Positions 41,757 through 51,402 of a stretch of DNA of 64,000 bases are shown here, piece after piece. Location of the stretch: positions 92,607-156,606 of the forward strand of contig JASJPK010000048.1 of NCBI GenBank assembly GCA_031426735.1, given 5' to 3'. The notes under the pieces are model-generated. The model was not told where the DNA came from. It saw only the letters and a list, made by a program, of their open reading frames with translations, and ran no database searches. The stretch comes from Hydrogenophilaceae bacterium (GTDB taxonomy: Bacteria > Pseudomonadota > Gammaproteobacteria > Burkholderiales > Thiobacillaceae). The position numbers and the translations under genes were made by a program. Position 1 is the first letter of the stretch; each line of letters begins with the position of its first letter.

Positions 41757-41885
41757 AAAAAGGGCGAGAGGGCGGCGCAGCGCTACCTCCCGGGCTTTTA
41801 TCCCTCCGTGGAGCCCCGCCCGAGGGCGGAACCGGCCGGCTCTCGGACCAGACATCCCTTGCGGGACCGGAACCCTAGCTGGCCT
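41757..41885 (-). promoter_or_regulatory. guanidine-I (ykkC, Rfam RF00442) riboswitch with terminator-like expression platform
   Basis: The minus strand reads AGCUAGGGUUCCGGUCCCGCAAGGGAUGUCUGGUCCGAGAGCCGG...CCACGGAGGGAUAAAAGCCCGGGAGG. It carries the conserved CUAGGGUUCCG, GGUCCGAGAG and ACGGAGGGAUAAAAGCCCGGGAG blocks. CGGGAGG can alternatively pair with CCUCUCG, which is followed by CCCUUUUU. Confidence 0.85.
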
Positions 41886-41918
41886 AAGGCACATCGCTGC
41901 ACCTCTCGACTGATCTTT

Positions 41919-41934
41919 AGCAGAAGCCGTGCCA
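41919..41934 (-). promoter_or_regulatory. sigma54 (-24/-12) promoter of the guanidine operon
   Basis: The minus strand reads CTGGCACGGCTTCTGCT, against the consensus YTGGCACGR-N3-TTGCW. GG-N10-GC spacing is correct. It lies about 35 nt upstream of the riboswitch 5' end. Confidence 0.6.
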
Positions 41935-42018
41935 GCAATTATGTTTAGTTAATAGTGCCGTTGAATCAACGGGTTGGGTATTGTTTCAGGGCAATTTGCC
42001 GGATCATTTGAAAAGGGC

Positions 42019-42035
42019 TGCACTATGTTGGTGCA
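42019..42035. promoter_or_regulatory. candidate NtrC enhancer site
   Basis: TGCACTATGTTGGTGCA matches the palindromic NtrC consensus TGCACY-N5-GGTGCA at every defined position. It lies about 95 bp upstream of the sigma54 promoter. Confidence 0.6.
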
Positions 42036-42077
42036 TGGCATCGGTTTCATGCCCCGCACCGGAGCGGACCCCTCCGG

Positions 42078-42136
42078 GTAGGAGCGCCTTCCAAGGCGCG
42101 AAGAACGGACAATCGCGCCTTGGAAGGCGCTCCTAC
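42078..42136. repeat. REP-A copy
   Basis: GTAGGAGCGCCTTCCAAGGCGCGA-N11-TCGCGCCTTGGAAGGCGCTCCTAC. Confidence 0.85.
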
Positions 42137-42193
42137 GGCAACTGCGCGAAACGGGTTGTTACTTTGAAAAGTTGTCATCCGCGACACCCAATG

Positions 42194-42220
42194 AAAAAGG
42201 GCGCCTCGCGGCGCCCTTTT
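42194..42220 (-). terminator. intrinsic terminator of amtB
   Basis: GGGCGCC GCGA GGCGCCC followed by UUUUU on the minus strand, 18 nt after the amtB stop. Confidence 0.75.
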
Positions 42221-42237
42221 CAAAGGCTAGGAACCGA

Positions 42238-43773
42238 TCAGAGGTTGTAGGCTCGTTCGCCGTGGCTGGCGGTATCGAGACCTTCGCGTTCCTGTTCTTC
42301 CGGTGCACGCAGACCCATGGTCATGTCAATCAGCTTGAACACGACGAAGGCAACCACGCCGGACCAGACGATCGCGGTGCCGACGGCCTGGGCCTGTATC
42401 CAGACCTGTGCGCCGATCGACGTGTCGATCACGGTGTTGTTGACGTAGTCGAGGATGCCGGTACCGCCCATCGACCAGGTGTTGAACACACCGGTCAGCA
42501 GTGCGCCCAGGATGCCGCCGATAGCGTGGATGCCGAATACGTCGAGTGCGTCATCCGCGCCCAGCATCTTCTTCAGGCCGGTCACGCCCCATAGACAGAC
42601 GACACCTGCCAGAGCACCGATCGCCAGCGCGCCGCCGACGCCCACCCAGCCGCAGGCCGGGGTGATCGCCACCAGACCGGCTACCGCGCCGGATGCCGCG
42701 CCCAGCATGGAGGGCTTGCCCTTGAGCAGCCACTCGGCGAAGGTCCAGGTCAGTGCCGCAGCAGCGGTTGCGTTCAGCGTGTTGATGAAAGCCAGCGCAG
42801 CCGTGCCGCCCGCTTCCAGTGCCGAACCCGCGTTGAAACCGAACCAGCCCACCCACAGCAGGGAAGCACCGATCATGGTCATGGTCAGACTGTGCGGGGT
42901 GAAGGCTTCGCGGCCGTAGCCAATCCGCTTGCCGACCACGATGGCGCCAACCAGGCCGGCGATACCGGCGTTGATGTGAACGACGGTGCCGCCGGCGAAG
43001 TCAAGCGCGCCCTTCTGGAACAGCCAGCCGGAGGCGGCAACTGCAGCCGCGCCCGCTTCGGCGTCGGTGAAGGCATCCGGGCCGGGCCAGAACCAGACCA
43101 TGTGCGCCATCGGCAGGTAGGCGAAGGTGAACCACAGCGCGGCGAACAGCAGCACGGCGGAGAACTTCATGCGCTCAGCGAAGGCGCCGACGGTCAGCGC
43201 CACGGTGATGGCGGCGAAGGTAGCCTGGAAGGCGACGAAGGTGAACTCGGGAATGACGACGCCCTTGCTGAACGTGGCGGCGTTGGCGACGCTGCCGGTC
43301 ATCGGGTCGAAGATGCCTCTCAGGAACAGCCGGTCGAAGCCGCCGATGAAGGCATTGCCCTGCGTGAAGGCCAGCGAGTAGCCGTAGATGGCCCACAACA
43401 CGGTGATCAGCGCGAAGATCGAGAATACCTGCATCAGGATCGACAGCATGTTCTTGCTGCGTACCAGGCCGCCGTAGAACAGGGCGAGGCCGGGGATGGT
43501 CATCATGATGACCAGCAGGGTGGCAACCATCATCCAGGTGGTGTCGCCCTTGTTCGGGGTGGGAGCGGGAGCCGGAGCGGCTTCGGCCGGTGCTGCCTCG
43601 GCAGCGGCGGGGGCCGCTACGGGGGCTGCTTCAGGCATTGCGGCATCGGCGGCCGGTGCGGCGACGGCTTCGGTCGCAACTGCCGGTGCAGCTGGCGGCG
43701 CTTCCTGGGACAGGGCTGCGCCGGTGAATCCCAGCGAACCCAGGAGCATCAATGTAGCGAAGAGCTTTTTCAT
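42238..43773 (-). CDS. amtB: ammonium transporter AmtB
   Basis: Signal peptide plus Ala/Pro-rich linker, then Amt family blocks (DFAGGTVVHINAG, FGFNAGSA, VFGIHAIGGILG). Confidence 0.95.
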   Translation of the reverse strand: MKKLFATLMLLGSLGFTGAALSQEAPPAAPAVATEAVAAPAADAAMPEAAPVAAPAAAEAAPAEAAPAPAPTPNKGDTTWMMVATLLVIMMTIPGLALFYGGLVRSKNMLSILMQVFSIFALITVLWAIYGYSLAFTQGNAFIGGFDRLFLRGIFDPMTGSVANAATFSKGVVIPEFTFVAFQATFAAITVALTVGAFAERMKFSAVLLFAALWFTFAYLPMAHMVWFWPGPDAFTDAEAGAAAVAASGWLFQKGALDFAGGTVVHINAGIAGLVGAIVVGKRIGYGREAFTPHSLTMTMIGASLLWVGWFGFNAGSALEAGGTAALAFINTLNATAAAALTWTFAEWLLKGKPSMLGAASGAVAGLVAITPACGWVGVGGALAIGALAGVVCLWGVTGLKKMLGADDALDVFGIHAIGGILGALLTGVFNTWSMGGTGILDYVNNTVIDTSIGAQVWIQAQAVGTAIVWSGVVAFVVFKLIDMTMGLRAPEEQEREGLDTASHGERAYNL

Positions 43774-43785
43774 GGTGGATTCTCC

Positions 43786-44981
<1,196 letters not shown>

Positions 44982-45025
44982 GACGGTTCTCCAGAAAAAG
45001 TGGTGCGATGGTGCACGGCCTCTTT

Positions 45026-45043
45026 CAGCATTAACTGTGCCAA
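45026..45043 (-). promoter_or_regulatory. sigma54 (-24/-12) promoter of the porin-glnK-amtB operon
   Basis: The minus strand reads TTGGCACAGTTAATGCTG. GG-N10-GC spacing is correct. It lies 45-60 nt upstream of the porin ATG. Confidence 0.55.
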
Positions 45044-45115
45044 CAAAATTAATTGTTATGAATCAACGTGTTGTCGTTATCTGGGCGATATTGGCGCATT
45101 TTGACGCTCGTTCTT

Positions 45116-45141
45116 GGTGCATCAAGAAAACCTGATGCACC
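45116..45141. promoter_or_regulatory. inverted repeat GGTGCATCA-N8-TGATGCACC (possible enhancer with NtrC-like half sites)
   Basis: 9-bp perfect arms containing GGTGCA/TGCACC, about 75-115 bp upstream of the sigma54 promoter. The half-site order is inverted relative to the canonical NtrC site. Confidence 0.35.
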
Positions 45142-45238
45142 GCGTTGGCACCCGGGATTGCAGTGTCCCCTTTGTTAAACTCGGGCATCGCCAGCTTGTC
45201 TACGTGGTTTGTCCATTCAATCGTCACGAAAGCCCGTC

Positions 45239-45475
45239 ATGCTCAAACAGAAACTCGCTCAGGAAGTCGCCGGAAAGGTGTCTGAAATCCTGGCATTCAG
45301 CCCGGCCAAGGATGTCGAAAAAAATCTCAAGGCCAGTCTGGCTGCGTGGTTGTCCAAACTCGATCTGGTGACACGCGAGGAATTCGACGTGCAAACCCAG
45401 GTGCTGGCGCGCACGCGCGCGAAATTGCAGGAACTGGAAGCGCGTCTCGACAGTCTTGAAAAGTCAGATTCCTGA
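45239..45475 (+). CDS. ubiK: UbiK/YqiC-family accessory protein
   Basis: LDLVTREEFDVQTQVLARTRAKLQELEARL is a coiled-coil signature. ATG at 45239 is preferred over the TTG at 45209. Confidence 0.7.
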   Translation: MLKQKLAQEVAGKVSEILAFSPAKDVEKNLKASLAAWLSKLDLVTREEFDVQTQVLARTRAKLQELEARLDSLEKSDS

Positions 45476-45492
45476 TCGGCTGGCTCATCACC

Positions 45493-46413
45493 ATGAAATT
45501 CAAGAAAACTTTGATCTACACGGCGCTGTTCGCCACGCTGGCGGGGTGCACAACCAATCCGATGACCGGGCGCTCGCAGCTTTCCCTGGTCTCCGAGAAA
45601 CAGGTCATCGCGCAGGCCGGTTCGGCCTATGTGAATGAGCTCGGCCCGTGGGAAAAGAAGGGCAAGGTCAATAACGACCCGCGGCTCAAGGCGCGTGTCG
45701 ATGCCATCACCAACCGCCTGGTGGCGCAGGCCATACGCTACCGTCCGGATTCCGCGAATTGGGACTGGCAAGTGAGCGTGATCGACGATCCCGAGACGCT
45801 CAATGCCTACTGTCTGCCCGGCGGCCGCATGGCGATCTATACCGGTCTGATCGACAAGTTGCAGGCCACCGACGACGAGATCGGGCAGGTGATGGGGCAT
45901 GAGATCGGCCATGCGCTCGCCAATCACGGCGCGGAAAAGATGTCGAACTCCATGCTGGCGCAAGGCGCGGTGGCGGTCGCGGCGGCGGCTTCGGGCAGGA
46001 ACAGCAATGCGGTGATGCAGGTCGGTCCGGCTTTGGCGCAGTTGGGCTGGCTGTTGCCCAACAGTCGTGGCGCGGAGAGCGAGGCCGATCGCATCGGCAT
46101 CGAAATCGCCGCCCGCGCCGGGTTTGAACCGGCTGCGGCCGTGAGCTTGTGGAAAAAGATGCTTGCCGCGAGCGGCAAGGGGGGGCCGCAATTCCTCTCG
46201 ACGCACCCGGCGCCGGATACCCGCATCAAGGATCTGTCAGCACTCGCACCCCGCATGCAGCCGCTCTATGCCAGCGCCTCGAAGTCGTCGGTGGCAGCAC
46301 CGACGCGCATGTCCGACAACGTGCGCGATGTGACGCCGGGTGCGGCCGTGCCGGAGCAGAAGGCGCTGACTCTGGTTCCTTTGCCCGACAAAAACAGTAC
46401 GCCCGCGCGGTGA
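45493..46413 (+). CDS. M48-family metallopeptidase lipoprotein
   Basis: Lipobox LAGC, HEIGHAL (HExxH) and a downstream ESEADRIG block. Confidence 0.85.
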   Translation: MKFKKTLIYTALFATLAGCTTNPMTGRSQLSLVSEKQVIAQAGSAYVNELGPWEKKGKVNNDPRLKARVDAITNRLVAQAIRYRPDSANWDWQVSVIDDPETLNAYCLPGGRMAIYTGLIDKLQATDDEIGQVMGHEIGHALANHGAEKMSNSMLAQGAVAVAAAASGRNSNAVMQVGPALAQLGWLLPNSRGAESEADRIGIEIAARAGFEPAAAVSLWKKMLAASGKGGPQFLSTHPAPDTRIKDLSALAPRMQPLYASASKSSVAAPTRMSDNVRDVTPGAAVPEQKALTLVPLPDKNSTPAR

Positions 46414-46427
46414 AAGCGGCATCGAGC

Positions 46428-47357
46428 ATGTCGGAGTGCATCGTCGAAGTTGCCGCCGCGGTGATCGAACGCCCGGATGGTCTGTTCCTGATGGCGAGCC
46501 GGCCCGAGGGCAAGGTGTATGCCGGCTGGTGGGAGTTTCCCGGCGGCAAGGTGGAGGCCGGCGAAACCGCGCGCCAGGCGCTGGAGCGGGAGTTGCGCGA
46601 GGAACTGGGCATCGAGGTCGAACAGGCTTGGCCCTGGCTGAACCGGATTTTCGCGTATCCGCATGCGACGGTGATGTTGCGTTTCTTCCGGGTGACGCGC
46701 TGGCGCGGCGAACCGCATCCGCATGAAGGCCAGCAATTTGCCTGGACCCGCGCCGCCGCACCCGATGTGGCGCCGATCCTGCCCGCCAACGGGCCGATCC
46801 TGAAGGCGCTGCACTTGCCGCTGGAATACGCTATTTCGGATGCCGCCAAGTTGGGGCCGACAGTGTTTCTACAACGTCTCGACCAGCGTCTGGTAGACGG
46901 TCTGAAACTGTTGCAGTGGCGTGAAAGGGATGCGCCGGCCGGCCTGCTCGAACAGGTCGCCGCACGCTGCAAAGCTGCCGGCGCGGTGCTGATGTGCAAT
47001 GCCGATGCGGCGCAGGCTGCCGGCCTCGGCGCTGGCTTGCATTTCAATTCGACCCAATTGGTCGGGCTGGATCGACGACCCGATTTCGAGTGGGTGGCCG
47101 CGTCGTGCCATAACCAGGCGGAACTGCAGCGCGCCGCCGAACTGGAACTCGATTTCGTGGTGCTTTCGCCGGTCTTGCCCACCCCCAGCCATCCCGGCGA
47201 ACCCGCTCTGGGCTGGCCGGTATTCAGCGCGTTGCTGCGCGATTGCCCGCTGCCGGTGTTTGCGCTGGGCGGTCTCGGTCAGGCCGACCTGGCCCTGGCG
47301 CGCGGCTATGGCGCGCACGGTATCGCGCTGAAAAGCCAGGCCTGGAGCGCAAAATGA
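46428..47357 (+). CDS. Nudix (MutT-like) hydrolase fused to a ThiE/TenI-like domain
   Basis: Nudix box GGKVEAGETARQALERELREELGI. The C-terminal TIM-like domain ends ALGGL...GAHGIA. ATG at 46428. Confidence 0.8.
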   Translation: MSECIVEVAAAVIERPDGLFLMASRPEGKVYAGWWEFPGGKVEAGETARQALERELREELGIEVEQAWPWLNRIFAYPHATVMLRFFRVTRWRGEPHPHEGQQFAWTRAAAPDVAPILPANGPILKALHLPLEYAISDAAKLGPTVFLQRLDQRLVDGLKLLQWRERDAPAGLLEQVAARCKAAGAVLMCNADAAQAAGLGAGLHFNSTQLVGLDRRPDFEWVAASCHNQAELQRAAELELDFVVLSPVLPTPSHPGEPALGWPVFSALLRDCPLPVFALGGLGQADLALARGYGAHGIALKSQAWSAK

Positions 47358-47782
47358 AGGCGCCGGCATGGCTGATTCGGGTCTGGCCGCTGGCGCTGAT
47401 CGCGCTCATCGCGCTGGTGCTTTGGGCCAGTCGCAAGCCTGAAGGCGGGCATGACACGCTGGTTACCTGTGCGACGCTTGCCCGCGGTTGCTCGGTGCAA
47501 GCCGATGGCCGCGAATTCCGCTTGGGCATGGAAGGCGAATTGAAGCCGCTGGTGCCGTTCCAGATCTGGGTCAAAGCACCGGGCTTGCACAAGGCGGAGG
47601 CGCGCTTTCAGATGGAAGGTATGGAAATGGGCTTCAACCTGTATACCTTGCGTGCCGATAGCCAAGGTATCTTTCGCGCAACGGTTACGTTGCCGATCTG
47701 CGTCACCGGGCGCCGCGACTGGCGCCTGCTTCTCGATGTGGACCAGACGCGTTTGACCGTGCCATTTGTCACCGAGCTGTAA
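47354..47782 (+). CDS. hypothetical membrane-anchored protein
   Basis: The ATG overlaps the upstream stop (ATGA). One N-terminal TM helix (WLIRVWPLALIALIALVLW). I recognise no family. Confidence 0.55.
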   Translation: MKAPAWLIRVWPLALIALIALVLWASRKPEGGHDTLVTCATLARGCSVQADGREFRLGMEGELKPLVPFQIWVKAPGLHKAEARFQMEGMEMGFNLYTLRADSQGIFRATVTLPICVTGRRDWRLLLDVDQTRLTVPFVTEL

Positions 47783-47883
47783 TATTTGGCCAGGTTGGCC
47801 CCCCTATAATCCGCGAAGCCGCCGAGGCAAGGACAATCCCGTGAGCAACACCCCAACGAGCGGCAATCGAAGGAGACACAGCA

Positions 47884-48585
47884 ATGCCCAGTGAACATAT
47901 CTATAAGCAATTCGATGCCGACATGGAGGCCGTGCGCGCGCGCGTACTGGAAATGGGCGGCATGGTGGAGGAACAGGTCAATATGGCCGTTGAGGCCTTG
48001 ATTTCCGGCAATACCAAGCTGGCCGATGAAGTGATTGCCAACGATCAAAAGGTCAATGCGATGGAAGTGGGGGCCGACGAAGCCTGTACTCAGATCATCG
48101 CGCTACGCCAGCCTACCGCTGGGGATCTGCGCATGATCCTGACCATCATCAAGACGATTACCGATCTGGAGCGGATCGGCGACGAGGCGGCCAAGATCGC
48201 CCGCTTCGCGATCAAGGTGTACGACAGCGACCGCATCCTGACGCCGCGCTACAACGAGATCAAATACATGGCCGGCCTGACCACCAAGATGCTGCGCGAG
48301 TCGCTCGACGCGTTCGCCCGTCTCGATGCCTCGGGTGCGGCCGGCGTGGCGCGGCAGGATATGGAAGTGGACGAGGAATTCCATCTCATCACGCGCCACC
48401 TGATCACCTTCATGATGGAAGACCCGCGCACCATTTCCACTTTCATCGATTTGCTGTTCGTCGTGAAAGCCATCGAACGCATCGGCGACCATGCCACCAA
48501 CATGTCGGAATACGTGGTGTTCATGGTCAAGGGCAAAGATGTGCGCCACGCCACGATCGAAGAGTTGGAACGCGAGATTCAGTAA
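47884..48585 (+). CDS. phoU: phosphate signalling complex protein PhoU
   Basis: Two PhoU repeats (DLERIGDEAAKIA / AIERIGDHATNM). Confidence 0.95.
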   Translation: MPSEHIYKQFDADMEAVRARVLEMGGMVEEQVNMAVEALISGNTKLADEVIANDQKVNAMEVGADEACTQIIALRQPTAGDLRMILTIIKTITDLERIGDEAAKIARFAIKVYDSDRILTPRYNEIKYMAGLTTKMLRESLDAFARLDASGAAGVARQDMEVDEEFHLITRHLITFMMEDPRTISTFIDLLFVVKAIERIGDHATNMSEYVVFMVKGKDVRHATIEELEREIQ

Positions 48586-48603
48586 ACCGGTTCAGCATTT
48601 CGC

Positions 48604-48637
48604 AAAAAAGCCGGCGGGGTGACCTGCTGGCTTTTTT
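48604..48637. terminator. bidirectional intrinsic terminator between phoU and the PCuAC gene
   Basis: AAAAAAGCCGGC-loop-GCTGGCTTTTTT. The stem has one G-U/mismatch and is flanked by A and T runs. Confidence 0.6.
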
Positions 48638-48651
48638 GTTTGGGACGCCGC

Positions 48652-49089
48652 TCAGTGCCCGCCGGGTTTGCGTACTTCCGCTTGCACGTCCAGCTTCTGT
48701 TCCTTGCCGTCCGCGCCTTTCGCGATCAACGTGATCGGCACCTTGTCACCGGGTTTGATCTGCTGCTTGATGCCGATGAACATGATGTGCAGCCCTCCCG
48801 GCTGCAGCTTCACGGTCTCGCCTTTGGGCAGCGCGATCTCCTTGACCTGACGCATTTCCATGACACCGCCATCCATTTTCATGATGTGCAGTTCGAGCGA
48901 TCGGGACACCGGGCTGCTGCCGCCGACCAGTGCCATGTCGGCATCGGCGGTGAGTTGCATGAAGCCGCCGGCCACCTTCTGGCCGGGCGCGGTGGCACGC
49001 ACCCAGGCGTCTTCGATCTTGACGCTGTCGGCAAGCGCGGGGAGGGCGAGGCTCATGCCCAGAATCAGGGGGAGCAAGCTGCGATACAT
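48652..49089 (-). CDS. periplasmic copper chaperone PCu(A)C (DUF461)
   Basis: ATG at 49089. Signal peptide. Blocks AWVRATAPGQKVAGGFM and LHIMKMDGGVMEMR..GGLHIMF (H(M)x10Mx21HxM-type Met/His motif). Confidence 0.85.
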   Translation of the reverse strand: MYRSLLPLILGMSLALPALADSVKIEDAWVRATAPGQKVAGGFMQLTADADMALVGGSSPVSRSLELHIMKMDGGVMEMRQVKEIALPKGETVKLQPGGLHIMFIGIKQQIKPGDKVPITLIAKGADGKEQKLDVQAEVRKPGGH

Positions 49090-49100
49090 GGCGATTCCTT

Positions 49101-51170
49101 TCACAAAATCCATTCCAGTTGAGCTAAGGCGAAGCGGCCGGCACTGGGAAGGTGGGTGCCGACGGCCACATCGCCGCCGCTGACGCGGTTGATGCCGCCG
49201 AGGTGGTCGTAATAAAGCTTGTCGAGCAGGTTGTCGATGCCGAAACGCATTTTCACGTTCTTGGCAGCCTGCCATTGCGCGTGCCAGTCGAACACGGCAT
49301 AGCCCGGCGTGATCGGTTCGTTGTTCAGCGCCGTGCCGCTGCCCGGCTTGGCGTACTGTGCCACGTCCTCCTGCCGCTGTGCCATGCGGACGCCCAACGT
49401 GTTGTCCCAGGCGCCGCGTCGATGGCTGGCTTGCAGGTTCAGGCGCAAGGGCGCGAGGCGGTACAGATTGCTGTCGCTATCCAGATTGCGGCCGCGCACA
49501 TAGCTCAGCGTCGCGTCTACATGCCATGCGCCAGCCTGGTAAGCCCAGACGCCGTCGATGCCTTGCAGGCGCGCATCATGGTTCTCGTAGCGCAACACGT
49601 TGTTGATGCCATCGGTGGTATGCGGCGTGCCGACGATGTAGTCGCCGACGCGCTGGTAGAACGCGCCCACCTTGTAGCTGTGCCCGCCTGCCTCGCCGTG
49701 CAGGGCAAGGTTCAGCGCATGCGCGACTTCAGGTTTCAGGTTCAGGTTGCCCAGATAACTGTTGTTGTCCGCCTGGCCGGCACTGGCGTTGAGCGGGGTC
49801 CATTCATAGCGTTCGAGCAGGCTGGGCGAACGCGTTTTGCGGGTCAGGCCCAACTCGTAGCCCAGGTCTGACGCAGCCGCGTACTGGAACAGCGCGTTCC
49901 AGTCCCAGTTGTGGTCGGTCTTCTTGTGCGACAAGGCGTTGAAAGCGCCGCCCAGGCCGGTTGTGGCGACCGCCTGCGCCGGGCCGGAACGGACCTGGCC
50001 GGTATCCATGCTTACCGTATCCGAACGCAGGCCCAGGTTGGCGCTCCAGGCGCCGCCGAGCGAACCTTGCCACTCGCCGAATACGCCCAGGCGCTCGCGG
50101 TTGGCATCGCGCAGGATGTCGGCCGCGAAGGCATTCGTGGTTGCATTCCACTGGTAGGCGTCGAAGTCGTTGCCCAGCCATTCCGCACCGAAACGCATCC
50201 GCCCGCCCGCCAGCTTGCGTTTGCCGCCGAGGACCAGGCCGACGTCCGTGCTGGTGGCGGGGGCATACATGCGGGTGCCGACGTTGGCGCGCAGGCTGTA
50301 GTTGTCCATCAGATGCTCGATGTCGTGCCAATACACGCGGGCGGTCGCGCTGGTATCGCCCAGCTTGCCTTCCCAGGCCAGATTCACCGCATTGGCGTCG
50401 TCCCTGATCATGTCCATCGGCAACGACGGGTTGCCGGCATCGCTGACCTGATGCCGACTCACGCTGACGTCGAAGCGGCCGCTTTCAGTGCCGCGCGCGT
50501 AGTTCAGTTTGTTGCGCCGGCTGTCGTAGCCGCTGTCTTTCACCGTGCCATGGGCATAGTTCAGATCGTCGCCCTGGGCAAAATTGCCGGCGTAGGACAG
50601 TGCATTGTTCCGGTTGCCGGTGCTGGCGTTTAGTCCCAGGTTCCAGCCGTCGTTGGCGCCGCTGAAACCGGCGTCGACCTTGCCGTTGGCTTGCCAGGCG
50701 TCGCCGGCGGAGAACTGCGGCCGCAGCGAACGCGCCAGGATCGTGGCGCCGAGCGCATCGCCGCCGGCCGATACTGGCGAGGCACCGGCGATCAGGCTCA
50801 GACTTTCGCTATCCGCTGCGGCTGCGTAGTGCAGTGGCGGGTCCATGTGGTTGGGGCAGGCCGGGGTGATGTCCATGCCGTCCACCAGGATGTTGACGCG
50901 GTCGCCGGCGAGACCGCGTACCTGCGCAATGCCGGTGAGCGGGCCGTTCTTCACCACGGCCGCACCGGGCAGTTCCGCCAGCGCGGTGGCAAGATCGGTA
51001 TGCAGCGGGGTGGGCATGGCCTGGCTGGTTGCGAACGGCGTGAAGCCGGGGCGCTGCGCCGTGACCAGGATTTCTTCCAGAACGGGGAGTTCGGCGGCGC
51101 TCGCCAGACAGGGCGGCAGGGCTAACAGCAGAGCTAAAGGCTTGAGTTTCATGCGAGGCTTCGGGGTCAT
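49101..51170 (-). CDS. TonB-dependent copper receptor (OprC/NosA-like)
   Basis: Plug and 22-strand barrel. C-terminal ...LAQLEWIL. CPNHM (CxxxM) and HLM (HxM) motifs resemble the OprC copper site. ATG at 51170 is preferred over the TTG at 51197. It lies 11 nt upstream of the PCuAC gene. Confidence 0.85.
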   Translation of the reverse strand: MTPKPRMKLKPLALLLALPPCLASAAELPVLEEILVTAQRPGFTPFATSQAMPTPLHTDLATALAELPGAAVVKNGPLTGIAQVRGLAGDRVNILVDGMDITPACPNHMDPPLHYAAAADSESLSLIAGASPVSAGGDALGATILARSLRPQFSAGDAWQANGKVDAGFSGANDGWNLGLNASTGNRNNALSYAGNFAQGDDLNYAHGTVKDSGYDSRRNKLNYARGTESGRFDVSVSRHQVSDAGNPSLPMDMIRDDANAVNLAWEGKLGDTSATARVYWHDIEHLMDNYSLRANVGTRMYAPATSTDVGLVLGGKRKLAGGRMRFGAEWLGNDFDAYQWNATTNAFAADILRDANRERLGVFGEWQGSLGGAWSANLGLRSDTVSMDTGQVRSGPAQAVATTGLGGAFNALSHKKTDHNWDWNALFQYAAASDLGYELGLTRKTRSPSLLERYEWTPLNASAGQADNNSYLGNLNLKPEVAHALNLALHGEAGGHSYKVGAFYQRVGDYIVGTPHTTDGINNVLRYENHDARLQGIDGVWAYQAGAWHVDATLSYVRGRNLDSDSNLYRLAPLRLNLQASHRRGAWDNTLGVRMAQRQEDVAQYAKPGSGTALNNEPITPGYAVFDWHAQWQAAKNVKMRFGIDNLLDKLYYDHLGGINRVSGGDVAVGTHLPSAGRFALAQLEWIL

Positions 51171-51211
51171 GGGGGCCTCGAATATTAGGGATTTCAACTA
51201 CGGTGCCGCCT

Positions 51212-51226
51212 GTGACAAATTGTCGC
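51212..51226. promoter_or_regulatory. candidate RegA/RegR box 1 (GTGACAAATTGTCGC)
   Basis: Imperfect palindrome 42-56 bp upstream of the receptor ATG. It is part of a 19-mer repeated at 51351-51369. Confidence 0.45.
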
Positions 51227-51352
51227 AGGTGGTTCCGGCGGAATTCCGGGCAAAAAAATGGCCCGCGTTGGCGTTTGCCAAGGCGGGCCGAGCGATACGT
51301 AAAAACGTATGGAAGCGAACGCATCATAGCGAGGCGGCCACGCCGGCGGAAT

Positions 51353-51367
51353 GCGACATGTTGTCGC
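51353..51367. promoter_or_regulatory. candidate RegA/RegR box 2 (GCGACATGTTGTCGC)
   Basis: Perfect GCGACA-N3-TGTCGC palindrome 36-50 bp upstream of regB. It fits GNGRCRTTNNGNCGC except at one position. Confidence 0.45.
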
Positions 51368-51402
51368 AGGGGGATAGCGCCATCGCTCGTTAGAATGACG
51401 CC

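Noticed and set aside
45145-45162. TTGGCACCCGGGATTGCA on the plus strand as a sigma54 promoter for ubiK
   Set aside because: The spacing between GG and GC is 11 nt instead of the invariant 10. It more likely reflects NtrC-like half sites (TGCACC..GGCACC) belonging to the divergent amtB-operon control region.
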